Assembly (NCBI GenBank): GCA_964016885.1
Contig: OZ024743.1
Span: forward strand, 10,912,001 to 10,976,000
Reading direction: 5' to 3'
DNA: 64,000 bases
DNA from: Eledone cirrhosa
Lineage: Eukaryota
Position numbers and translations under genes: made by a program. This document shows positions 47,589 to 60,850 of the stretch, one piece after another. How positions within the stretch are numbered: the stretch's first letter is position 1; every line of letters starts with the position of its first letter. Under the pieces are notes generated by a model. The model was not told where the DNA came from. It did not search any database and saw only the letters and a program-made list of their open reading frames with translations.

Positions 47589-47687
47589 ACCCCGACGGCA
47601 GAGCTCAAGCCGTTTCGACGGCTATTTCTGGACTAAAGTAAGAGTTTTTTTAGTCTGGTAAATAAATAGCCAAACTTTTCAAGGGGT
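47589..47687 (-). ncRNA. Type I hammerhead ribozyme with U3-A8 core covariation (damaged mirror copy at 49227-49321, plus strand)
   Basis: acccc-TTGAAAA-g..tggctattt...aaatagccg tc-GAAA-cggc ttgagctct gccg-TC-ggggt. 5-bp helix I, 4-bp helix III, GUC triplet. Confidence 0.8.
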
Positions 47688-48487
47688 ACTTCCTTATATG
47701 GGAAGATTGTAGTTGTCAAGAGGATTGGTCAAAATTTGTAGCAGACACAGAAGAGTATATCATGGCAGTGGGAGCGGGGTGGGGGTGGCTGAACTTGCCT
47801 GTAGAACAATAGGGGAGTGGGTAGAGCCGGTCAAGCGTTGAAGGTGAAATTTACACGGCAAATTCTAAGGAATGTGTATGAAAGTAGGCCAGGGGAGGTA
47901 GGCGAAAAAAGATTTCTTTAGAAAATGGAGGAGGGACGTTATAGATTTGGTAAATCAAATGAGATTAGGGGACAAAGAAAAAATATAAAAAAGAATATAA
48001 TAAAAAATGAGAGATAGATATATCAGAATGTAAGATTGGAAAGTGAGAAGTGAAATAAAACAAAAACTAAGGAGTCTAACACAGCTGCTATATTTAGTTG
48101 GTGCTGCTTTTTCGGCCAATGCTATAGAATGTTTGCTAGATGAGAATTATTGACACATTTAGAATTCGGTATTAAAAATTAATACCACATATCTGGGGTC
48201 TAACAAAGCTGCTATGATTAATTAGTATAGCGTAATCGGCGAATGCTATCTGTAAGTTACTGGGGTGGGGGTACTGAGGCTAAAGAGGCCCGATGGGCTG
48301 CCTCGGGGTAGGCGAAAGGGGAGAAAACAAAGGAACGAACGAGGAAGAAGTTAGGTGGTGGAAAGAAGTGATAGGAGGAGACAAAGGGAAGAAGGAAACA
48401 TAGATGAAAAGAAAAGGGGTACATCTACCCTATCTTATATAAGTTGGGGTTTTCCCTATCTTATTCGGGGGGTGTTTCAGCCCTTGT

Positions 48488-49120
48488 CTACCCACCCGGA
48501 TCGTTAGGGGGTTTGAGGGCGAGGTAAGTCTTCCGCAATCTGTGTTTGCATGCCAGTTCATCTTTTTTGTTTAGGAGTTGATCCTTCGTAAACAGCATTT
48601 GTAATGTTTCCTCCGAGCATAAGTTACATGGACGGCGTCCTCCCGTGTAAGAGTTAGCTCTGGACAGTAAGCTCCAAGTAAGATCGTAAGTTATATTATT
48701 ATCTTGGAGGTCCCAGATATGGCCCGAAAGTGTGGTGGCATGTCGCCGGGCAGGATTTCGGAACGTATATCGGTGTTGGTAGAGCCGGGTCTTAAAGTCA
48801 CAAGCGGTTAATCCTATATAAGCTTTGTTGGAGGTGTCCGTCCTCACGTTGCACTGGTAGATCACGTTACGTTCTCGGCATCTGTTATTGAGGGAGCACG
48901 TAGATCTATCAGGGCAGTTACACCTCCTGGTCGGCTCTCCACTAATTTATAGGTTGTTTCTTCCATAGGGGTTGAGCTTTTTTTATTGTTTGAGGGGACG
49001 ATGGTTTGTGCGAAGTTAGGTGTGGTGCTGTAGGATAGCTTGATAGTGTTTTTGTTGATTATGTTATGGTAGCGGTGTTGTGGTGGAAAGTGTTTTTCGA
49101 GGAGCCTAAAGAAGATTTTC
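48488..49120 (-). pseudogene. PLE linker + GIY-YIG endonuclease (frameshifted near 48865)
   Basis: KHFPPQH..NKNTIKLSYS; VIYQCNV...YIGLTACDFKTRLYQH...TLSGHIWDL...W...CNLCSEE...LLNK. Confidence 0.85.
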
Positions 49121-49327
49121 CCACTACCATGATAGACTGCACCCACTGCCATAATAGACTCTTTTGTGTCTGCTACAAATTTTGACCAATCCTCTTGACA
49201 ACTACAATCTTCCCATATAAGGAAGTAGCCCTTGAAAAGTTCGGCTATTTATTTACCAGACTAAAAAAGAATCTTACTTTAGTCCAGAAATAGCCGTCGA
49301 AACGGCTTGAGCTCTGCCGTCATACTT

Positions 49328-49365
<38 letters not shown>

Positions 49366-49384
49366 ATCACGACTATTCACTAAA

Positions 49385-49442
<58 letters not shown>

Positions 49443-50852
49443 ATCACGACTATTCACTAAAGGATATATATATATAAGCGCACACACACACACACATGTA
49501 TATATTATATATATATATATAGAGAGAGAGACACACATAAATAGTGTTTCTGATTCTAGAATATGGTGAATATGGTGAATATGATAAACCACAATCATCT
49601 GAAGCTATCCTTGCAATTCTAAGATGGAAACTCTCTTTATGTATATAGATAGTGTACTATAGTTTGGTAAAGAATATCCAAAATTGAGAGACCATTCAAA
49701 TTGCAGAACAGAATTGTAGTATATAAAGATTTATTACATTAAATCAGCATGTGACTTAGGTACAATTGTTTCACTGATCTTTCATGAGATAAGATTTTAG
49801 TTCGTCAGCTATTTTGCTACCATTTTATAAAGGTTGTTGTTTGTTCCTTTGAATGTGAAAAAATTCCAAGAGAGATGAGGAAAGAGTAATGAATAGATAG
49901 GAAGAGTGATGTAAATGTAATCTTTTTGTAATTTGAAAAATAGAGGAGACAATTTGATAGGAGATTAGAGATAAACGTGAATTTTTCTTTTAAAGAAAGC
50001 TGACTGTGAGAGAATCTACACAAATATTTGAGGCACATGATGGCCGAGTGTTGTCAAAGAAAGAAGGTAAATATCTTAGAAGAAATTATAGTGAAATGTT
50101 GATTTGTAATGAGAAGTTCCAGTAGATCTATTTGAAGATAGTAGTGATCCGTAGAAGTGTTGCTGGAATCCCCTCTGCCCACAGTTATTATCTTAGTGTG
50201 GGTGGAATTTTCGAGTCTTTTAGTAAAACGTTTTATCCAGTGATTAAATAAATTGCCCCTCATGTTAACTACCATAATTACAAATCTCACTATAAATTTC
50301 CAAGACATCACCTTCGACACTTACCATAAATCCAATGGGCAGCTTAAATATATCAAGCGAAGGTCATATTTCACGTTGATTCGTAGTAGACCAGCTAAAC
50401 TTGCATAGGTGTGAATTGTGAATTATTTAAAAACTTACGCTGTACAGAAACATTTTTTATCCTCCAATTATAATTGATTAAAATATTAGTTTGATAGTTT
50501 CAGTCATTTGTTAAATATATTCAATGTACGTATATATAACTTATAAATAAATCATATTAAATTTCATGTTGATCTTTAATACGTGGTAGTCATTACTAAT
50601 CAACCGTGGAATATTGGTGTTTCATATTTCATAATTAGTTCTTTATAATTAGTTTGGAACAATAGCTTTTCTAAGTTCATTAATAGCAATCATAAGTCTA
50701 TGTTTATAGACATTCTTGATCCTATTCTCTAGGTGAGAAGTAACCTTTTTTTTTTATTTATTCACAAGTTTTATTGGGGTCAGCAAGGATCTGAGGAAAC
50801 AATGTCACTGATAATATCAATAATGTAAATTTCTATCTATCTATCTATCTAT

Positions 50853-51020
50853 GTACATTTTTTCGGGGTGTGTACAACCCCTGTGTAACGCTTCCCCCTA
50901 TTGGGGATATCAATTGTTATTTGTTATTTTATTAATAGTTTTATTTTCATATACCTGTATGTAAACTCCTCATTTGTATTTGTCCCCTTCTTTTGTGCCC
51001 TTGTGGCTAATAAAGAAATT
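50853..51020 (+). mobile_element. Solo 3'UTR of a Tx1-like LINE in (CTAT)n
   Basis: Homologous to 56148-56310 (TTTTCGGGG..TGTATTTGTCCCCTTCTTTTGTGCCC..AATAAA). Confidence 0.85.
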
Positions 51021-51563
51021 TATCTATCTCCGGATGGTATAGACGTTCTTCACATCGGCTCCTCGATTATTGGATATATTACGTGTTAACAGTGTTTGTC
51101 TGTATTCTTGCGTTATTGTGTTAATTAACCCCCTTGCCTGGGTCTTCGGACATTAGGGTTAATTTATTTCACCCCTTTTGGGGTTAAATTTTTCATCCTA
51201 AAAATCTTGTAATTGTCTCTACGCTAGTGGTAATGGAAGCCATTACCACAGGTAACGATGAGACGCCCCCTAAAAAAATTGAAGGAGAGCGGGTAGCGGA
51301 GGCAACAAGCCTCCCTACTGAAAGAATAATGATTATTAGAAATATTGAAAAAAATGGAGCCTAACCCTAATGAAAAAAATGTGAAATAAATTGACTCGGA
51401 GAAATTGCCAACATTAATGGATGCCATTTCGACTTTTCACGGTGCCACGCCCACCAGCAAAGGTGAAAGAGAAGTAGTAGCTGTGACTTCAAGTCTCTCG
51501 GATACTGAAAATATAAGTGAACATTTTGAAAAAATGTAGTCTAACCCCAACTTCAGAAAAAAT

Positions 51564-52502
51564 GTGAACGCATACACCAACATAAATAACACAAACACAA
51601 CAAAAAATGAAAATTGTAACAACAAAAAACAAGAAAACAACCACATTTCGACAAATGTAAACAAAGAGGGGGCGAACAAAATGACGTTCGCTCAAACTAC
51701 GAAAAAAAAAACATTGTGTATGAACCTATTGACAAATGGAAAATGCACGGAGTATATAACTTTGGAGAAGAATGGTCTATTTTCTTTAAATTCTCCCCCA
51801 GAGCTAAAAAAGGAAAATAGCTTTAAAACTATTATTTATAGGACAATATCAAACAAAACCCGTAAGCCAGTACAACTCACACAGACAGAGATTGAACTGG
51901 CTTTAAAAGATCATCTGAAAAACATTGTATTCATTCGGAAGGATAGACTCTACGGTAGTCTATCCATCCGAATAAAAGATAAATTGAGGGCCGAAAAACA
52001 TTCCCTGGCCCCAATTGTGTCCCCCTTATTTACCTTCTTCCCCACTTATTTGGGAAGAAAAACACAAAGATTGACCATACACAGTATCGATCCAGATATT
52101 GATTTCTGGGCGGTACTGTGTGGCCTCTTCGACTTGAAAGAGGATGCAGTAATTTCGGTAGGTAAGTCTTCCAGCAACGTGTTCGGTGGAACTAGCCTGC
52201 AAGTTCTGGTGCAAATGCAGCCAGAACAAATTGCTAGGATCCCCGACCGCATATTGCTGGATGGACTTGCCTACTTGCATATCACAGTGGAGGGTAGACG
52301 ACCCGCTTGTTACCTCTGTGGTGGCAGAGGTCACCTGAGGGCTGCCTGTTCCCAAGCAAACAAAAAAACACTGATTTTGCCCACACCAACAACTACAACA
52401 CTACCAACACAACCTCCACCACCACCACAACTAACACCACAATTTAAAACACGACTGAAAACAATCCCACCCATCCCCCCACACAGAAAACAAATACAAT
52501 AA
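51564..52502 (+). CDS. LINE ORF1 (gag-like, CCHC knuckle), disrupted at both ends
   Basis: ITVEGRRPACYLCGGRGHLRAAC. Confidence 0.8.
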   Translation: MNAYTNINNTNTTKNENCNNKKQENNHISTNVNKEGANKMTFAQTTKKKTLCMNLLTNGKCTEYITLEKNGLFSLNSPPELKKENSFKTIIYRTISNKTRKPVQLTQTEIELALKDHLKNIVFIRKDRLYGSLSIRIKDKLRAEKHSLAPIVSPLFTFFPTYLGRKTQRLTIHSIDPDIDFWAVLCGLFDLKEDAVISVGKSSSNVFGGTSLQVLVQMQPEQIARIPDRILLDGLAYLHITVEGRRPACYLCGGRGHLRAACSQANKKTLILPTPTTTTLPTQPPPPPQLTPQFKTRLKTIPPIPPHRKQIQ

Positions 52503-53118
52503 CACCCACACCACAAACACGAGCCGAAAATGAACTCCTCCCCTCGAATACGGAAGACGACCCCTTTCGTCGTCAGACGAGGGGGGGGGGGGGGACACTT
52601 TCATAAAGTTAAAAGAAAAAAAAAAAACACACCACAGGAACACAAATACAAACAATCTCTCCCCAATACATAACACAGACATCAACACAAAAAACACACA
52701 ACAACAGCAAACAAAAACATCACACAAAAAGAAAAATATGCTTACACGTACATAAACACAATAAACAAAAAACTGTTAAACGTTATTTATAATAACAACT
52801 TAATAAAAACCGAAGGTTCGAATTTCGCACAAGCAACGGGGCTTCCCCATCTAAAAATGATAAAAGCCCCAATGGACATTTACAAAACGTTAAAAGACAC
52901 TTTTAAAGAGGACGTGGGGGCCCCCTGCGTCAGACCTATTAATCGTGTCCTCCTAAACAATCCCCCCCCCCAGACACCCACACAACCTCAAACACCCCAA
53001 CCCCACCACACACTGATGCCCCTACACTTCCACAAACCACCACCCCACCCCCATGGAAATTGTGCGGCCCGGTCCCCGGGACGCAGAGAGGTAAGTGCTT
53101 TTTCTCTTTACCACCAAC

Positions 53119-56087
53119 ATGGCTGTGTTGAGAATAGGTTGTCTAAATGCGCGTGGCCTGGGCTCACCTTGGAAGCAAGCAATGCTTCTAAATGACCTCA
53201 GGTCACGATGTATAAATGTGATGGTTATTTGCGAGGCCCGGATCAGCAGCGTGCGACAGCTGGCCCCCACCTTTGATGACTTTGAGATGCACGCATCTCT
53301 CTGTCAGCTCGGAGGTGGGGGTGGGGTTGTCGTTCTGCTGCAAAAACATCTGGGTCTCGCTACACAGACGGTACACTTGGACCCGGAGGGTCGACTAGTG
53401 GTTCTGGACCTTGGCAGTGGTGAAGGTGGAGCTTTTAGGCTGGTCGCCGTCTACGCCCCTTTTGGATCAACGCGGCCGGACCTCTTCCATCGTCTGCAGA
53501 CTTTTCTAGGGACGTCCAGCTCCTTGCTTTTTGTGGGGGACTGGAATGGTATCCTAGATGCACGTTGGGACTATGTAGGGGCATGTCCTGATAGAGGAGG
53601 TTGTAACAGCCTCAAGGGGTTAATCGGCCGATTCGACCTGGCCGATAGATATCGACTAGATTTTCCGACTGTGCCAACCTGGACTTGGAGAAACAACAGC
53701 GGTCAATCTAGATCATACCTAGATAGGTTCTTAGTTAGAAATAAGGATAGGGACTTTTTAAGTTGTCCAAAAATGCGCATGGTTGGCTATTCAGACCACA
53801 AGTTAGTGACCTCCATGGTCAACCTTGATAGAACGCATAGACAGGGACCCGGTTACTGGAAGCTCAACTTGTCCTTATGGGCAAGTAAAGATTACAGGAA
53901 CCGGATTAGTACTTTAGTTAAGGAGCGGTTGACGGGCGCCATCGTCAACAGCAGGTGGTGGGGCTCTCCCAAAAGAGAGATTAGAGTAGCTTCAATGGGA
54001 GTTAGTAAGGAGTTAGCCTCAGATAGAAATAGGAAGGAAAGGGAGTTGGTAGATAGTGTAGAAGAGGCAATTAGAAGCGGCGACGTAGCCAGAGTGCTAG
54101 CGCCGAGAACGGCCTTGGACCAGTACTTCGACGCGAAACACGAAGGCTGCGTTGTCTGAGACAAAATACGTGCTCTGGGAAACGAGGGGACCGAAGCTGT
54201 TAGCTGGGCCTGCGTGACAGAAGCCAAAAGTGGGATTAGATCCACTATCCGATCTTTGCGAGACCAAGATGGATGGGTGATCCTTGAACCTAAGCAGATG
54301 TGCGAGGCCTTTCAAAGGCACTTTGCCGGATTGTTCGGAAGGGGCGAGGGGCCGGATGGGGATGTGGACCTCGGTCCATACCTCGATGGCCGCCCACGTC
54401 TTTCGGACGACGAGGCGAAGTCCTGCGAGAGGCCGATCTCAGCTGCTGAGATAGGGGACGTGCTGAGCCAATGCGGCAGACCCAAATCTCCGGGCCTCGA
54501 TGGTCTTCCATACGAACTGTATTTAAGTATGACGGACTTGTTCTTCGATCTCCTCGAAGCGGTCTACTGCAACTGGCAACAAAACGGGAGAATTCCCTGT
54601 TCTGTGACCAAGGGCGTAGTCTCGCTAGTGAGGAAGGACGAGAAGAAGGGGGATGAAATAAGTAATTTTAGGCCCATAACACTCCTAAATGCAGAGTTAA
54701 AGATTTTGGCCAGGGTGTTAGCAAAGAGGTTGGCGCTTGTCGTGGGCAACCTGGTGGGAGATGCGCAGACATGCGCCATCCCGTCCAGGTCCATTCACGA
54801 CAACCTCCACCTCATGCGATACATCATAGAGAGGGTTGGGAAGGAACCCGGCTTTGGTAGGGCCCTGATCAACTTGGATCAATCTAAGGCGTTCGATAGG
54901 GTCGATCATGGTTACCTGGATGCGGTGCTAGCGGCGGCAGGCTTCGGACCCGTTTTCAGGGGCTGGATTAATGCCATGCACAGCAGCCGCGGAAGTGGGC
55001 TGAGTGCAAATTATCCCTGAAAGGTCGGGCGGAGGTGGCGAACGCTTATATAGCGTCCGTCATCTATTACCGCCTGGCCGTCGTGCCTTGCCCAAAGGAA
55101 ACGCTCACCAAAATGGAGCGCGCACTCTTCCAATTCCTTTGGAAGAAACGGGCTCCTTTGGTGAGGAGATCCACCTGCTGTCAACACCCTTCGAAAGGAG
55201 GGCTGGGGATGCCGTGGCTGCTGATGCGTAAACAGGCATTAAGGCTACGGCACCTCTAGGTATTCCTCACCGGTCAATCGGTGTGGGCCCCGTTTGTGAG
55301 GCGAGCCTTTCCGAGACTCGTCTCGCTCACCGAGCTGCAGTCCTGGGTCAAGCAAAGACCGAGAAAACTGGGCGTCTGGCACACCGAGTGTGCCCAGGCG
55401 CTCACGGCTTTCTGGCAGGCGGACCCGGCTATCGGTGGAGACTCCACCTCGTCATTCTATAGAGGACTGGTGGTTAGTAGGTGCGACGACGCCCTCAGAC
55501 AAGCCCTAGGTATGGAGGAAGACGAACTGGCCAGCCTATTCGGTAGGACATTTGGCCCGGGACCTATGGACAACTTCCAGAGGTCCCCGGCCTGACAGTG
55601 CTACCGAGGGGCGCTGCCCATTCGAGAAAAGCTCTACAGACACGGGCGCCCGGGTAGGGACCCCTCGAAAAAATCTGTCCCAGATGCGTGCGCGACGAGG
55701 AAACCGTTGCGCACACATTGGTACACTGCTCGGGCGTTGCCGATCTGTGGGGCTATGTCGAATGACTGCTGTCATGGGTGGGACCAATCCGGTTGACCAC
55801 TGAGTCCATTGTAACGATCAAGCCGCCTCCCCGCTTCAAAAATGAAGGAGAGGCGGTCTTCCTCTGTGTAATAGCCATGGTGAAAGAGGTGGTATGGACA
55901 CGTTTGAAAGGCTGAGGTCGGACACCTTCTCTCCGGCCAACAACTGGTCCTTTTCTTTAAATAGCATTTTAAGAGAAGGATCAGAATGGAGAGAGAGGTG
56001 CTCTACCCCAGCAAGTTTCATGAAAGGTGGGTGAAAGTAGCGAGAATGGCCCGTGTGAATGGGCCTTCTCTCTTTATCAGCCTGTAG
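53119..56087 (+). pseudogene. LINE ORF2: AP endonuclease + truncated RT + zinc knuckle
   Basis: LNARG, VYAP, GDWN, YLDRFL, SDH, GYWKLN; KSPGLDG, RPITLLN, DQSKAFDRV. It jumps at ~54985 to LSLKGR, so QGCPLS and YADD are missing. Also KGGLG and C..C...ET..H....C. Confidence 0.92.
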
Positions 56088-56308
56088 GTGGAAAGGTGGA
56101 ATTTCAAAGGAACACCCCCTCTCTGTGCTCCTAAGGAAAAGGGTTGCACACTTTTTCGGGGGTGTGTGTAACCCCCAAAACGCCTCCTCCCTATTGAGGA
56201 CTGTATTGTTAATTTTATATTTGTTATTTGTTTTTTACTCGTTCCTTTATGTAAACTCCCCCCTTGTATTTGTCCCCTTCTTTTGTGCCCTCGTGGCAAA
56301 TAAATAGA

Positions 56309-56402
<94 letters not shown>

Positions 56403-57383
56403 CATTTATCTATCTTTCAATCAATCGATCGATCGATTGATTTGCCTGTCTGTCTGGTTGTCCTTCTCCCCCTACTTCACCCACCACCCGCCCCTCCTCT
56501 CTCTTTCTCTCTGTCTATTTATATATATAAGATCACGCCCATTTTCTTTATATGAGAAATTAATTACTTCTTATCATTTTATAGACTTACAAAATGATAA
56601 GAAGTAATTAATCATTTATAAGTCTATTCTTATCATTTTATAGACTTGGGTCCTAACCCTAAATGAATTGTAGCTTACACGAATATTTGTTGGCCACTTT
56701 TAGTGAATAATACCTTTGCTAAAACTAATTATGATATAAAGAAAAAAGGTAAAGGAAGCTTTTTTCTCTAGCATGTGCCACTCCTCTTCAGATAGGAATA
56801 CAGCTGATTTCTTTGAAAGAAAGAAAGAGATAAAGAGAGATAAAGGAAGAACCAGTTCCAGTACATGACTATGACTATATTTATCTGCATCGAAAGGATG
56901 AAGGTCTACGTTGGCCAAGGTAGAATTTGAAGTCTCAAAGCCCAGTGAGTTGGCACAAATTCCGAGGAATTTTTAATACGACACCCTACCGATTCTGACA
57001 ATTCACCAGTGTAATTTGTCTTATCACGAGGCTGACTGTTTAGAAATTTCACTGCGGAATCATACGTTCCAAGATTGAGTCCCACTGCTTGTCGTATTGG
57101 GCGAGAACCATTTACTATCAGATCAGGACAGGCTTTGTGAGTGAAATTAAGTAGATAGAAACTGTTTGGAAGTTCAGCGAATAGACTGCACCTGTTATTC
57201 AATTGGACGATTTGACATACACTGTATGACGTCAAATCTTCTTGAAAATTACATGAAATGTACAGGGACACATGTCTGTGGAATGTTCACTCAATTGTAC
57301 CTCAATTTCCCAATCATACAATTTCATTGATCGTATAACTGGAACAATCACCGTCAAAAATTATGGAAGTTCAATATTACCGA

Positions 57384-57417
<34 letters not shown>

Positions 57418-57418
57418 T

Positions 57419-57455
<37 letters not shown>

Positions 57456-57612
57456 TCGCACATACTGAATAATAATTGAGTATTTTTTCGACAGTCATGA
57501 AATATACATACATACATACATACATACATACATACATACATACATACATACATACATACATACATACATACATACATACATACATACATACATACATACA
57601 TACATACATACA

Positions 57613-58151
57613 TTAAACCCCAATAAAATGCAAACATAACAGACCAGATATTATGATATGGGACAGGGAAAAGAAGGCAGGCACAGTAGTGGAAATTAGC
57701 TGCCCAGCAGATGCCAATATAATATCAAAGATTAGCGAAAAGGAGAATATTTATGCAGAACTAATGAGAAATCTGCAAATACTCCACCCTGATTACACCT
57801 TCAGATTTATGCCTGTGATTATTGGGGCACTGAGGTATGTTAGTAACTGCCTCAATACAAATCTTGAGAAGGTAGGCCTCACAAGAACAGAAAGAACACA
57901 ACTAGTTAGGAAATTACATCTAATAACTGCATATACACATGTACAGATCCAAAGCATATACACATGCACACATACAACTCAAAGCATACACATCCACACA
58001 TACAATAACATCCATATCTACACATGCACGCATACCTACATATCTACCTAGTTAATGTTGTGTAAATTCCAATGGGAGAGTCTTGTGTCTATGTTAGAAA
58101 CCGACTCTCTCTCTATTGGTAAAACTTTGTGAAATTATAAAACCAGAAGAA
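57613..58151 (+). mobile_element. 5'-truncated R4/Dong-like RLE LINE, copy 1
   Basis: RPDIMIWD..VEISCPAD..K..EK..Y; shared 3'UTR ending AAACCAGAAGAA then (CATA)n. Confidence 0.85.
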
Positions 58152-58233
58152 CATACATACATACATACATACATACATACATACATACATACATACATAC
58201 ATACATACATACATACATACATACATACATACA

Positions 58234-58584
58234 TTACAAATCTTGAGAAGCTAGGCTTCACAGGAACAGAAAGAACACAACTAGTTAGGAAACTACAAGT
58301 ACAATCCGTTAATGAAACAGTAAAAATATGTAAAAAATTCCAAAAACTTTTCATCTAATAACTGCATAAACACATGTACAGATACAAAGCATATACACAT
58401 GCACACATACAACTCAAAACATACACATAGACACATACAATAACATCCATATCTACACATGCATACATACATATCTACCTAGTTGATCTTGTGTAAATTC
58501 CAATGAGAGAGTCTTGTGTCTATGTTAGAAATCGACTCTCTCTCTCTATTGTTAAAACCTTGTGAAATTATAAAACCAGAAGAA
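58234..58584 (+). mobile_element. 5'-truncated R4/Dong-like LINE, copy 2
   Basis: C-terminus and 3'UTR homologous to copies 1 and 3. Confidence 0.85.
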
Positions 58585-58663
58585 CATACATACATACATA
58601 CATACATACATACATACATACATACATACATACATACATACATACATACATACATACATACAT

Positions 58664-59074
58664 GGTGGCTGCCAACTCGTTTTCGAGTACGGCCACTACT
58701 TTATATCCATGTAGGAGAACCCCTACCGATGCGTCAAACAAGTGTGACTTTTTAGTCCAGCCAGCGACTTGAAAACTCTGGTACAAACACTACACTTGTG
58801 ACAATTATTGACACATAGTGCTGGGCCCATGGTACCATGTGACGACAAATGCAGAGAGATCTCCAGATATAAAGCAATGCCTGTGCCGTGAAGCTTTTAT
58901 AGTGAGCAAAGGCACTGCACAAAGCCAGTCCCACTCTCTTAACCAAGATGATATTTACCAAAGAGAAGAACAAGTCAACATCATTGGATACCATCAGAGT
59001 TGCAGGTGTTATATCAGAGTTTTCCTTCTCCTAGAATTCTGCCTTGACAAAGGCTAAGGGGTCATCTCTCCCGG
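58664..59074 (-). mobile_element. Non-autonomous RTE derivative, 5'-truncated copy
   Basis: Near identical to 5124-5534. Confidence 0.85.
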
Positions 59075-59114
59075 ATACGTATACACATACATACATACAC
59101 ATTCATACATACAT

Positions 59115-59690
59115 GGTGGCTGCCAAGTCGTTTTCGAGTACGGCCACTACTTTATATCCATGTAGGAGAACCCCTACCGATGCGCTGAACGAGTGTGACT
59201 TTTTAGTCCAGCCAGCGACTTGAAAACTCTGGTACAAACACTACACTTGTGACAATTACTGACACATAGTGCTGGGCCCATGGTATCATGTGACGACAAG
59301 TGCAGAGAGATCTCCAGATATAAAGCAATGCCTGTGCCGTGAAGCTTTTATAGTGAGCAAAGGCACTGCACAAAGCCAGTCCCACTCTCTTAACCAAGAT
59401 GATATTTACCAAAGAGAAGAACAAGTCAACATCATTGGATACCATCAGGGTTGCAGGTGTTATATCAGAGTTTTCCTTCTCCTAGAATTCTGCCTTGACA
59501 AAGGCTAAGGGGGTCATCTCTCCCGGTGATTTTGGATGGCCATTGACTCTTAAGAGCTCCTTTTGCCTTTGACAGGTTTTGTTTTTAGTCCTGCAAGATG
59601 TCCAAAGTCACCCTCCTCACCAAGAAACCTTGGTGGGGTTGCCAGTTTAGTCGCCAACGACCCGACCATGAGACAGGTTGTACTGGGATA
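59115..59690 (-). mobile_element. Non-autonomous RTE derivative, near-full copy
   Basis: Near identical to 5124-5699. Confidence 0.85.
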
Positions 59691-59823
59691 CCTACATACA
59701 TACATACATGCATACATACATACACACATACACACATACATACATACATGCATGCATGCATACATACATACATACATACATACATACATACATACATACA
59801 TACATACATACATACATACATAC

Positions 59824-60763
59824 CAACAACCGCTATATTGGCTCCCACTTTGAAGGATACGCTTTTGCAATCCAAGAACAGGAGATTAGCACAAAATACC
59901 TGATTCACAAAAGAGATAGGGATGCAGGCAAAACACCTAGATGTGATAACAAGTGCAGACTCTGCAGAACTAACATCAAGGATATCACCCATGTCATCAG
60001 CAGCTGCCCAAAGATGTCATCGCGGTACTATCTACCTATGAGGCATGCTGTAGTAGCCAAAACACTGTACAATGCAGTTCGTAAAAAAGATAGCCCCGAT
60101 GATAAACACATTAAAAGCTACAACAATGTCGAAGACATCCATGTACATAATATGAAAGAGTACTGGTGGAATGTTCCAGTAAAAACTCCAATAAAATGCA
60201 GGCATAACAGACCAGATATTATGATATGGGACAGGGAGAAGAAAACATGCACAGTAGTGGAAATTAACTGCCCAGCAGATGCCAATATAATATCAAAGAT
60301 TAGTGAAAAGGAGAATATTTATGCAGAACTGATGAGAAATCTACAGATACTCCACCCTGATTACACCTTCAGATTTATGCCTTTGATTATTGGGGCACTG
60401 GGATATGTTAGTAACTGCCTCAATACAAATCTTGAGAAGCTAGGCTTCACAGGAACAGAAAGAACACAAGTACAATCCATTAATGGAACAGTAAAAATAT
60501 GTAAAACATTCCAAAAATGTTGCATCTAATAACTGCATATACAATGTACAGATACAAAGCATATACACATGCACACATACAACTCAAAACATACACATCC
60601 ACACATACAATAACATCCATATCTACACATGCATGCATGCAGACATACATACATATCTACCTAGTTGATGTTGTGTAAATTTCAATGAGAGAGTCTTGTG
60701 TCTATGCTAGAAACCGACTCTTTCTCTATTGTTAAAACTTTGTGAAATTATAAAACCAGAAGA

Positions 60764-60764
<1 letters not shown>
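59824..60764 (+). mobile_element. 5'-truncated R4/Dong-like LINE, copy 3 (CCHC + restriction-like endonuclease, CDS to 60529)
   Basis: EGYAFAIQEQ, CRLC...THVISSC, RH..V, HNRPDI, VE..CP.D, EK..Y. Confidence 0.9.
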
Positions 60765-60796
<32 letters not shown>

Positions 60797-60850
60797 CATA
60801 CATACATACATACATACATACATACATACATACATACATACATACATACA

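Larger units (their letters stand above)
47496..49331 (-). mobile_element. 5'-truncated PLE (Hydra-like EN) with inverted pLTR (arms ~47577-47772 / 49142-49331)
   Basis: GIY-YIG ORF remnant, long 3'UTR, hammerhead in both arms, one-sided tail, TA flanks. Confidence 0.85.
51030..56310 (+). mobile_element. Tx1/L1-clade LINE, near full length, internally deleted
   Basis: ORF1 with zinc knuckle, ORF2 APE + RT + C-terminal CCHC, 3'UTR ending at (TC)n. Confidence 0.92.

Noticed and set aside
49362-49470. Direct duplication TCAAATCACGACTATTCACTAAAGGA beside the PLE, as a possible TSD
   Set aside because: Both copies are on the same side of the element; this is a local slippage duplication.
50853-56310. 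LTR retrotransposon (direct repeats at both ends)
   Set aside because: The interior is APE-RT LINE type and the repeats are diverged 3'UTRs without TG..CA, PBS or PPT.
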